Assembly: GCA_963753345.1 (NCBI GenBank)
Contig: CAVWBU010000027.1
Coordinates: forward strand, 287,624-351,623
Length of the DNA: 64,000 nucleotides
Reading direction: 5' to 3'
Source: an uncultured Fibrobacterota bacterium
GTDB lineage: Bacteria; Fibrobacterota; Chitinivibrionia; Chitinivibrionales; FEN-1185
Part shown: positions 10,201 through 18,860 of the stretch, piece by piece
How the letters are laid out: each line of letters starts with the position of its first letter
Position numbering within the stretch: position 1 is the stretch's first letter
Program-made: the position numbers and the translations under genes
Notes under the pieces: model-generated
The model's input: the letters and a program-made list of their open reading frames with translations, nothing else
What the model was told of the DNA's origin: nothing
Databases searched by the model: none

Positions 10201-12436
10201 GAAGCCATGAGGGATGTGTTCATGAAATACCGGGTGGCAATGTCAAACGCGACTTTTTCCGTTGCATAACGCGCGGCTTCGTAGCAGATCTCTATGGCCT
10301 TAACGAGGTTTTTGCTCTTGAGGTAATATTCCGCAGCGTTGAATATGAATTCCTTGTCCGAGGCCATTTTTTCTTCATACACACGCGCTATCTTTTCATT
10401 GAGCGCAAATGCATCATCCCGGGACACACGCAGGGCAATGGATTCCTGGACCTTGTCATGTCTGAAGTAAAAGGCATTTTCGGATTTTCTGATGATGAAT
10501 CCGAGGTTTTCGAGCCTGCGCAGTATGCGAGTTACTTCCTCCTTTTCAAAGCCCCCCACTTTCTCCACAATGCCTGATTCGACTTTTCCCTGAACAAGCG
10601 ACGCAAGCATAAGATAACGTTTTTCATTTTCGTTTAATATTTCCAGCCTGGAAAGAACAAGAGAGACAGGGTCGAATTTTTCCGGCAATGATTTAATGTC
10701 TGACTTATTGTACATCCATCCTGTCGGGGAGGGTTTGAGTATTGAGGTGTTCACCAGGTATTGCACTGCTTCGGAAACGGTAAATGGATTGCCGTCTGTC
10801 TTGGCTGGACAGCGCATCATCAAGGACTTCAGCGTCCTGAATTTCCCCTATACGGGACGAAACAAGCTCTTTGATTTCCGCCCTTGAAAACGGCCTGATG
10901 TTGAGAAGCTTTCTTATTCCGATTTTCCTGAGGTCAGTGCCGTACGCAAAAATATCAGCATCCGATTTTTCGGTCCGAAAGGAAATCACGAGCATGCAAA
11001 CAGGCTGCAAAGCGAGGAATCTCTTGAGCACTTCAAAGGAGATCTGGTCTACCCATTGGAAATCGTCTACGAACACAATTGATTGCCGGAAAAGGCTGAT
11101 TGCGGAGAACAGCATGGACAGTACATGGATGATACGTTCAGCTTCTTTTTCCTTTTCTACTTTGTCTATCTCCCCCACTTTTTCAAAATGCCCATGCAAG
11201 TTCCGGGATTATCGAGCAAATAACGCCTGAATAATCGCTAAGGTTTTTCTGAAGGATTTCCTTGAACAGGACTTTTCCCTCTTGATCGACAAAGCGCGAT
11301 TTTTGACAGAAGTTGAAGCACAATGTTGCGGACAACGGAATATGGCTGGCTCGAGCTGAACCTATTGCATTTCGAAGAAAGAAACATTGTTCTATCTTCG
11401 TTTACCTTGGTCCTGAACCGGTCAACGATTTCGGTTTTGCCCATGCCGGATCTTGCCAAAGATCAGAAACGAGGAACCTTTCCCAAACTCCAATTGTTGG
11501 AGCCCATGACAAAGAGCTTCAATTTCCGTGTCCCGGCCGACAAATACTTTTGATCGGCCCGCCGCTATTATGGCGTCCCTTTCGCCTGGAATAAAGGGTT
11601 TGCCTTCTTCCCTGATGCAGAGGATCGCCTGTTCTATGTCGTGCTTGAATCCGCTCGCAGTCTGATACCGGTCGTCAGGGGAAGGTCGCAAGGATTTAAG
11701 AAGAATAGTGTTAAGGTACGCAGGAATGTTCTTAACAGGCTTTACCTCAGTCTTAAGCGTAAATTTGAGAAGTTCTTCAAGGGAATCCTTGTGATCGGGA
11801 AACGGCAGGCTGCCGGAGATCATCCTGTACAGAATGAGTCCAACGCAGAAAAGGTCGGACCGTGAATCTATTTTGAAATCGGTAAACCCCATCTGCTCGG
11901 GCGAAAGATACGGCATGGTTCCCACTATCCTGCCCTCAGGGAGCTTTCGCGCCTCTTCCTCGAGCATGGAAAGACCGAAATCAAGAAGCTCAAGTCCCCG
12001 CTCTTCATTGATGTAAATGTTGTGCGGGTTCAGGTCGCAATGGATTATGCCGCGCGCATGTATATATTCGAGCGCGTCCAGGACCTGGCTGAACATACAA
12101 AAGAGCTTCTTCCGCAGACAGCGCTTTTCTGTTCTCGCAGATTTTTGCAAGGGTCGTTCCGTCACGGTATGGATACAGAATCGAATAGGTGGTATCGTCG
12201 GCAAATGTCTCCGCAGGCCTGGCAATGTTCGGATGGTCGAGCGAAGATACAGTGTCAACTTCTTTCCTGAACCGTATTTTCCTTTGTAAAGCCTCACCGG
12301 AAGCGACTTTTTGCTCGTTGAGCGATTTGAGAAGAAAATGTTCCCCTGTTTCCTTTTTTCGGGTGAGAAATACATCGCTGTCCCGGCTGGAGGAAACAAG
12401 ATTGAGTATGTCGAATTTCTGCTGGAGCGTTTCCAT
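7280..12436 (-). pseudogene. Ser/Thr-kinase - AAA/P-loop ATPase - TPR - GAF - histidine-kinase mega-sensor, fragmented into at least 8 frames
   Basis: Collinear fragments: kinase N-lobe (12005-12436); C-lobe with HCDLNPHN/DFG/SPE (11422-12399); P-loop G-K|SGMGKT split at about 11450; ATPase/TPR pieces (9840-11199); unassignable debris at 9250-9840; then GAF, H-box HDIKN (7665-8756) and HATPase N/G boxes (7280-7954). Frame switches at about 12100, 11450, 11200-11280, 10810, several in 9250-9840, about 8740, and 7871-7874. Confidence 0.8.
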
Positions 12437-12614
12437 AGTTACTTAACGGAATTGATTGGAGGGAACTTCAGACAAAGATTGGCTAACAAGTGTATGATAA
12501 ATTCTATAATTGAAAAGGCTTTTCGGTCAAGGAGAAAAAGGGGTATCTTGAGCCCGTAGGATCTGGTCCTTTGAAAACTCCCCAAGGTATTCGATTATAA
12601 ATCATCTTGTTCCG

Positions 12615-14390
12615 TTACACCTTCTCTTTAAGAGTTTTTGCAAAGGCCTTCATCAGATATGGGTTGGATTTGATGCCCTTGGTTTGGCCCATTTCCTTTA
12701 TTGTTTGCAGCATTCGCGGCTTTGCAGGAAGATGCTGCTCGTAATCATAATAGACCACTATTATTGAAGATTCATTATTCTTGTTGTGTGCTGTCGATTC
12801 ATTTATGCTTTTTTCAAGGTCTGATGTCGAACGTACTTCGTAGAAATTAACACCAAATGCCAGCGCCAGATACCTATAATCAGGGTTTTGAATTTTTGTA
12901 CAAAATTCCAGTTCCCCGCCGTAGGACAAACATTGATTAATCTGGACCATGTTGTAATAATCGTCTTTGAAAATCATCCACGTAATACCCAGTTTGTATT
13001 GCACTGCTGTCAACACCTCATTACCGTGCATCAAAAAAGAGCCGTCGCCGCAAAGACAAAGAACGAATCTATCTGGAGAAGCGCATTTGCCACCGATGCA
13101 TCCGGCAACACTTTGCCCCATTGAGTATCCTGCCGCGGATGTAAAATATCCATTTTGCCGGGCTTTTAGGTGCCGGACTGAAGAAAAGGAGGATGCGCCG
13201 GTATCTGCAAAAACTATTGAATCATCAGGAAGCAATCTTGAAATTTCAGCGTAAATGTATTCTAATTTTAGTGGTACTGTTTTCTCTGCCATCTGGTTAT
13301 TTTGAGAAATATTGGCTGAAATAACATTATCAGCAATTGCTTTTGCAGATCTTGTTGGCGAATATGCAGTTTGTTTTAATTGAGCACCTAACGAGTTTAA
13401 TGTGGCCGGGATGTCTCCTGCAACTGCCAATTCAACAGGAAAGTTCATTGAAAAACGTAAGGTATCTGAATCAATAGACAAAATCTTCGTATTCTTGAAA
13501 AGATCAGGATCATATGCAAGCGTTTCGGCCTCGGAAAAGTCCATTCCTATCGCTAAAACCATATCGCTCTGTCGAATAAGCTTTTCAGCCGACCGGTGAC
13601 CATAATAGTCAATAACTCCCCCGAACAATTCCTGGAACTCGTTGAGAATTCCTTTTGAACCATGGGTTACAATGAACGGAGATTGAATTATATCAACAAT
13701 GGCTTGAAGTTCACCGCTGCAATTAGGATACACGCACCTATTTCCGATACAAATCAGTGGGTTCTTTGCTTCTCTTAACAATGCTATTATGTGCCCTATT
13801 TTGCCATTTTCAACCCGGCAGTCATTTGCAATGCGATATTGATCGGGTTTCATATCCTCATATTCGATTTCCACGCTGAAAAAATCGCTTGGAATCCCTA
13901 AATGCACAGGCCCATAAGGAACTGAAAGTGAATTCCGGAACAATTCTCTCAAATAATCTGGTATTCTATCAGGACTGTACGCTAAAATGGATCTCCTTGT
14001 AATGCAATCAAACAGACGGTTTATCGAATATGAAACTCCGTATCCTGAATCTTCCTGATACGCATTTTTTCCAAAAAGATTTGAAGACACGACTGGAGTT
14101 ATTGCAATCCCCGGAATCGCAGCCTTGAACATCTCTGCAATTCCACTCGCCAGATTTACAGCTCCGGGACCTGCCGTTCCTAAGACAAGGGCTGGTTTTT
14201 GGGAAACTTTGGTATAATCAAGTGCCATGAATCCGGCAGCGCCTTCGTGCTTTACGGATATGAATTTTATTTTTGAATCTTTAAGCGAGCTGAAGAATGA
14301 GAGGTAATGGGAGCCTGAGATACCGAAGGCATGTTCTATGCCTTCGAGTTCCAAACATCTTACAATTGCCTGCGCGACAGTTATTTTCAT
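12615..14390 (-). CDS. thiamine-diphosphate enzyme of the acetolactate-synthase/benzoylformate-decarboxylase family
   Basis: The N-terminal PYR domain has HEGAAGFMA and GPGAVNL. The C-terminal ThDP motif is GDGSFLMHGNE. The ATG at 14388-14390 (MKITVAQAIV…) fits family N-termini better than 14444. Confidence 0.88.
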   Translation of the reverse strand: MKITVAQAIVRCLELEGIEHAFGISGSHYLSFFSSLKDSKIKFISVKHEGAAGFMALDYTKVSQKPALVLGTAGPGAVNLASGIAEMFKAAIPGIAITPVVSSNLFGKNAYQEDSGYGVSYSINRLFDCITRRSILAYSPDRIPDYLRELFRNSLSVPYGPVHLGIPSDFFSVEIEYEDMKPDQYRIANDCRVENGKIGHIIALLREAKNPLICIGNRCVYPNCSGELQAIVDIIQSPFIVTHGSKGILNEFQELFGGVIDYYGHRSAEKLIRQSDMVLAIGMDFSEAETLAYDPDLFKNTKILSIDSDTLRFSMNFPVELAVAGDIPATLNSLGAQLKQTAYSPTRSAKAIADNVISANISQNNQMAEKTVPLKLEYIYAEISRLLPDDSIVFADTGASSFSSVRHLKARQNGYFTSAAGYSMGQSVAGCIGGKCASPDRFVLCLCGDGSFLMHGNEVLTAVQYKLGITWMIFKDDYYNMVQINQCLSYGGELEFCTKIQNPDYRYLALAFGVNFYEVRSTSDLEKSINESTAHNKNNESSIIVVYYDYEQHLPAKPRMLQTIKEMGQTKGIKSNPYLMKAFAKTLKEKV

Positions 14391-14550
14391 TGTGTGCTTT
14401 GCCTTATCAGCGTTGCATTCGATGCTCAAGTTCAGTTCAATCACAAAATCAAAAAATAGTTATTGGTTTTCAACAAAAGTGAAAAAGAAGGATGCTTCGT
14501 TTTTAAAACTGTGTCTATCGTAAGAATGTGCCAAATTCGGAACAAATAAT

Positions 14551-15858
14551 ATGACAAAGGCGCTTGCTCTCATCTCACCCAGGGGCAGCTTTAGCAGCAG
14601 CAATCCGGAATTTAAGAAATTCTGGAACGGCTCGCCCTATACCTCAACTTACCGTCAGGACTGGTCCGGCCTCGGAACCGGTTTGTTAATAGTAGCTGCA
14701 TTGACTCCATCCGAATATGATGTCAAAATTATCGACGAAAATATTGAATCCGTAGACTTTTCTAAAAAATTTGACCTTGTCGGCATTACCGCAATGACAC
14801 AGCAGGCACGTCGGGCATACCAGATTGCAGATGAATTCAGGAAAAGGGGTATGTTGGTAGTTATTGGGGGAATACATGCTACGATTTTGCCGGAGGAAGC
14901 AAAACTGCATTGTGACAGCGTCGTAATCGGCGAATCTGAAAATACCTGGCCAATGTTGCTAAAAGATCTAAAAGCAAAGGCTCTGTTACCCTTTTACAAA
15001 GCGGACAATATTGTAAGCCTTATAAATTCACCCTTACCAAGATATGACCTGCTAAAGAATAAGAAGTATTCGATTGTTTGGCTTCAGACCACCCGTGGAT
15101 GTCCGCACGATTGCGATTTTTGCGCTGCATCAAAGATTTTTGGGGCAAAATACAGGTTCAAAGACATTTATCAGTTAAGACTGGAAATAGAACTAATCCG
15201 AAAAGAACTTGGAAATGTCTTGATCGGTATCGCAGATGACAATATAGCGGTAAATAAGAATCATCTTTCCTTACTATTAGATTACCTCAAGACATCTGGC
15301 ATCAGATGGCTGGGCCAATCAGACATTTCAATTGCCCAGGATAGTGGAATGTTAAACATCGTTCAAAAAAGTAATTGCAAACTTCTGTTGTTAGGACTCG
15401 AAAGTATATCGGCAGAGAACTTAAGGCTTGTCAACAACAACTCCTGGAAGTACAATAAACTTTCAAGTTATTCTTCATATATTGGAAAAATTCAGGAAGC
15501 GGGCATCGGCGTCCTAGGCTCTTTTATTTTCGGCTTTGATTATGACGATGTTACTGTTTTTAAGCAAACTGCGGATTTCGTTTTGCAAAACAACCTTTAT
15601 TATGGTAACTTTAGCATTCTTACCCCATATCCGGGAACAAGATCAAGGGACAGATTAGTAAGAGAAAACAGATTGCTTCCCACTTCCTGGGAGAATTATA
15701 CGCTATGGGATTTAAATTTCATTCCAAAAAGAATGAGCACTTCGGAATTACAAGCAGGATTGTTTGATACTTATAAAATGATTAACACAAGAGAAGCCTT
15801 CGAAAAAAGAGCAATCTTTTTTAAAAATATTTTTAAAAGTCAAATGAGGAAATCTTGA
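14551..15858 (+). CDS. B12-binding-domain radical SAM protein (class B rSAM), paralogue 2
   Basis: 435 aa, frame intact. B12-domain segment DLVGITAMTQQ…VVIGGIHAT, then TTRGCPHDCDFC (CxxxCxxC). Confidence 0.9.
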   Translation: MTKALALISPRGSFSSSNPEFKKFWNGSPYTSTYRQDWSGLGTGLLIVAALTPSEYDVKIIDENIESVDFSKKFDLVGITAMTQQARRAYQIADEFRKRGMLVVIGGIHATILPEEAKLHCDSVVIGESENTWPMLLKDLKAKALLPFYKADNIVSLINSPLPRYDLLKNKKYSIVWLQTTRGCPHDCDFCAASKIFGAKYRFKDIYQLRLEIELIRKELGNVLIGIADDNIAVNKNHLSLLLDYLKTSGIRWLGQSDISIAQDSGMLNIVQKSNCKLLLLGLESISAENLRLVNNNSWKYNKLSSYSSYIGKIQEAGIGVLGSFIFGFDYDDVTVFKQTADFVLQNNLYYGNFSILTPYPGTRSRDRLVRENRLLPTSWENYTLWDLNFIPKRMSTSELQAGLFDTYKMINTREAFEKRAIFFKNIFKSQMRKS

Positions 15859-15882
15859 GAAGAGAATGGTATTTACAAGTAT

Positions 15883-17247
15883 TCAATTTTCTGCGGCAAC
15901 TTGTATTTCGAAATATTCTTCGCACACCAGTCTTGATACTCTTTTTTTGTTTTCTCTGTTTTTGTCTATAAGCTCAACATGTGCACGGATAACATTGTAT
16001 AGCAATTCATCTGATTTGCATTCAACGGTTACTTTGAGCACATTCTCATGCATCTTCATCAACCGTTCCACTTCTGCAGGATAAACTTTATTTCCTCCGA
16101 CATTGAACATTCGTTTTTTACACTCAATGAAATAGACATATCCTTCATCATCCATTTTGCCAATATCCCCGGAATGCAACCAACCATTTTTTATTGTCAA
16201 TTGTGTGGCTTCCGGATTATTATAGTACCCTTTCATCACATTTGCGCCTTTAATGCATATTTCTCCGACTTGCCCTGCCGGAAGGATTGATCATCCGAAT
16301 CGAGGATAGCCACTTCGCAACAGGGCAAAGCACGACCTACCGACCCTTGCTTTACTTTATCTCCGGGACAATGCCACGTACAAATCGGAGATGCTTCGGT
16401 AAGGCCATATCCCTACTTGAATTTCCACATTGAAATCCTTTTTTAAAATAATAGAATACTTTCGGCCAGTCTACTTCCCCCGCTCGATAGAATTTTTACG
16501 CGTGGGAAACTATGGATTTTAAATGTGGCAATTTCTTTAGAAAATAGTATACAAGCGGAATGCTGCATAAATATAGCGTCACTTTATATCGTTCAAGTTC
16601 AGCATTGCTATCTTTCGTATTGTTGAAAAGTTCGCAATATCCTCAATCAAAATATTTCCGCCGACTATAGAAGGAATAATAACGCCTGTCTGCAATGCAA
16701 ACAAATGATGGAATGGGATTATCGAACATGAGAACGGTGTTATCAGATACTTTGGGTTGCATATTATCCCAGCCTCTGCATTCGCCCTCAAACTCTCATT
16801 CGTCAGCATCGCGCCCTTTGCATACCCATCCGCTGCATTGGTGTACAGAATCAGGCACACATCCTCCAGCCCTTCCAACTTCCTTTCCTCCAGCCTGCAA
16901 TCCCTGAATTCAAATTCCTTTTCAAAATCAAACGTGTCCGTGCTTTTATCAATGCGTATGAGTGCGCCCGGCACAGTGTCGGCCATCATTTCGGCAAGTT
17001 CCAGCTTGCCGATGGCCGGATCCACCAGCACGCAGATCTTTCCGGACTTAATAATGCCGAACAGGGCATATACCATCTTGATGTGGTTGGGAGCAAAAAG
17101 ATAGACAAACGGCGAGTTGGAAACGGTCCGCTTATTAAGGCATTCCGCCACAGCGTCAATGTTCTGCCGGATTACATCGGGCGGGTAGGTCTTGTCCCTG
17201 AAGTAGATATTACCAAGATTTAAACTATCGGTGAGAAGCGGCATCAA
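15883..17247 (-). pseudogene. acyl-AMP/acyl-ACP ligase (ANL adenylate-forming family), at least 5 frame breaks
   Basis: The N-terminal fragment 16579-17247 and C-terminal fragment 15883-16239 (KGYYNNPEAT…WLHSGDIG…GGNKVYPAEVE) are in ORFs. My hand translation of 16240-16580 recovers …VKILSSGGSRLAE / KYSIILKKDFNVEIQVG / YGLTEASPICTW…SVGRALP / LPAGQVGEICIKG in alternating frames. Confidence 0.8.
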
Positions 17248-17304
17248 TAAATATTCTGTTTTAAGAATGAGTTCGCATCAATCGAAGTGCTGCTCAAGCA
17301 AAGG

Positions 17305-17574
17305 CTACTTTGAAACAGCCCCTTCTCTTGCCATTTCACCCTCAAGTACGGTCAAGAATTCGTTTAAAGACTCCGCTTCCATGGCTGAAATCGGAATTTC
17401 GATATTCAGTTCGTTCTCAAGTTTTGCCAACACAGCGACAAACTGCATTGAATCAAGGTTCACCTGCTCCCGCAGGTTCTTTGTCGCGTCAATAGTGGCT
17501 GGGTCGATATTGACGACGCTCTGGATAAGGCTGTAAATTTTCTTTCTTGTTGCTTCGTTCAAGTCATCCCCCAC
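17305..17574 (-). CDS. stand-alone acyl carrier protein
   Basis: 89 aa with a GTG start. Phosphopantetheine-attachment context QVNLDSMQFVAVLAKLE (DSx motif). Acidic, four-helix-sized. Confidence 0.8.
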   Translation of the reverse strand: MGDDLNEATRKKIYSLIQSVVNIDPATIDATKNLREQVNLDSMQFVAVLAKLENELNIEIPISAMEAESLNEFLTVLEGEMAREGAVSK

Positions 17575-17746
17575 TTCCGATTAAACCGATCATTTTTGCA
17601 TTGACAATCAATTTTGATCAAGGCGCTTGTCATTGATCATAGAGCACTCCACGTTCAACATCTTGCCCATATTTACCGATTTACGATGAGCTGTAACTTC
17701 TTTTGATTTATTAAGTTCCAGAAATGACATTTCGTATTGGTTTAAG

Positions 17747-18823
17747 TCAGTCATCTGAATATACATGCCTCCCTGCAGAAAGCGATATTCCCAGGTTTGG
17801 AACGCTGTCCAGCTTCTTAAGGAACAAATCCATTTTTTCTCGTGTGATATTTCCCCTGCCCCACGAACACGGCAGAGAATCGTCGAGTGCAAGCAATATT
17901 CCTTCAACCTGGCAGCCGTAAAAAGTGTCCGGCGAAGCAAGCCCGATGTCGAATCCGGCATCAAGCGCAAACGGCAAAGACACGATGCCGCCGTGGTAGA
18001 CAAAGACGTCCTTACGCAGGGGGTCTGTTACCGTCACATTCTGCGGAGCTGAAGCATCGCACACGATGGTGCCGGGCCTAAAATCATCCTGCGAGTACAT
18101 GGGAACGTAGGCGCTTGTCACAAAAATAACGATGTCGGATTGCTGGACCGCCATGTTGTTATCGGTGGATATTTCAATGTTGCTTGTCAACATATCTTTC
18201 CGGCTTTCCTGCAGCGTTTCGAGAGGGCCGATGCTGCGCGCCGTGAGGATCATTCTCTTTACCTTGTTGCCGAAATAGGAAACGCATCCGCTGCCGATAT
18301 CTCCGGAGGCGCCAACTATGCCGATGGTCGCCCTGCTCAAATCAACCCCGAGTTCTGCCGTTGTCTTCTCGATAGAACGGACGATAACGGCCGCGGTCAA
18401 CGTGTTGCCTGAGGTAAGCTTCATTTCATGCTTTTGCGCAAAGTCCTGTTCCCTACCCTGCAGAACGATCGAGGTGAATGCGCCGAGCGCGGCGACCGTG
18501 CATCCGGATTGTGAAGCGATTGAAAGCGCCTGATCGATCTTTTCCACCACCTTTTTAAGCCGTATATCCCTCATGTCCGGCAAAAACGGGACCATGATCA
18601 GGTGCGCATCGAAATAGTTCTTTTTGTCAAAGGTGAGGTTATGCCAATCAATCACTTTATAGGAAGGCGTCCATTCGAACAGCTTGATAAGGAGCTCATC
18701 GCGGTATGTTTTATCCGGACGCAAGTGTTTTATATAGGCCCTGAACAGGGGCATGTCTGCGGGATGCCCGATAAAAGCGACTTTTGCGGTAGGGCCGTGA
18801 TGTAGGTGGGTTGCATTCGTCAT
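17747..18823 (-). CDS. acyl-ACP reductase (cyanobacterial AAR)-like NAD(P)-dependent reductase
   Basis: By-eye collinearity with Synechococcus AAR as I recall it: ALGAFTSIV/ALGGFTSII, TSGNTLTA/TTGNTHTA, IGIVGASGDIGSG/VAVVGATGDIGSA, LTAR, YGCQVEGILLAL/FACFAEAMLLEF (catalytic Cys position), WGRGNITREKM/WGRNQITIEKM. Start at ATG 18823; the ORF is open to 18898. Confidence 0.7.
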   Translation of the reverse strand: MTNATHLHHGPTAKVAFIGHPADMPLFRAYIKHLRPDKTYRDELLIKLFEWTPSYKVIDWHNLTFDKKNYFDAHLIMVPFLPDMRDIRLKKVVEKIDQALSIASQSGCTVAALGAFTSIVLQGREQDFAQKHEMKLTSGNTLTAAVIVRSIEKTTAELGVDLSRATIGIVGASGDIGSGCVSYFGNKVKRMILTARSIGPLETLQESRKDMLTSNIEISTDNNMAVQQSDIVIFVTSAYVPMYSQDDFRPGTIVCDASAPQNVTVTDPLRKDVFVYHGGIVSLPFALDAGFDIGLASPDTFYGCQVEGILLALDDSLPCSWGRGNITREKMDLFLKKLDSVPNLGISLSAGRHVYSDD

Positions 18824-18860
18824 GGGCTGGTCGCGTCCGGTGCCTGAAGCGGTCAGACAG

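Noticed and set aside
5065-17600. The AT-rich block interpreted as a mobile genomic island or prophage.
   Set aside because: No integrase, transposase, phage structural genes, tRNA attachment site or direct repeats are visible at the edges. It is kept only as a compositional observation.
17608-18003. 131-aa minus-strand ORF overlapping the 3' end of the AAR-like gene.
   Set aside because: The first 83 codons are an out-of-frame overlap of a well-supported gene. Only the last 48 codons, downstream of the AAR stop, are kept as a low-confidence observation.
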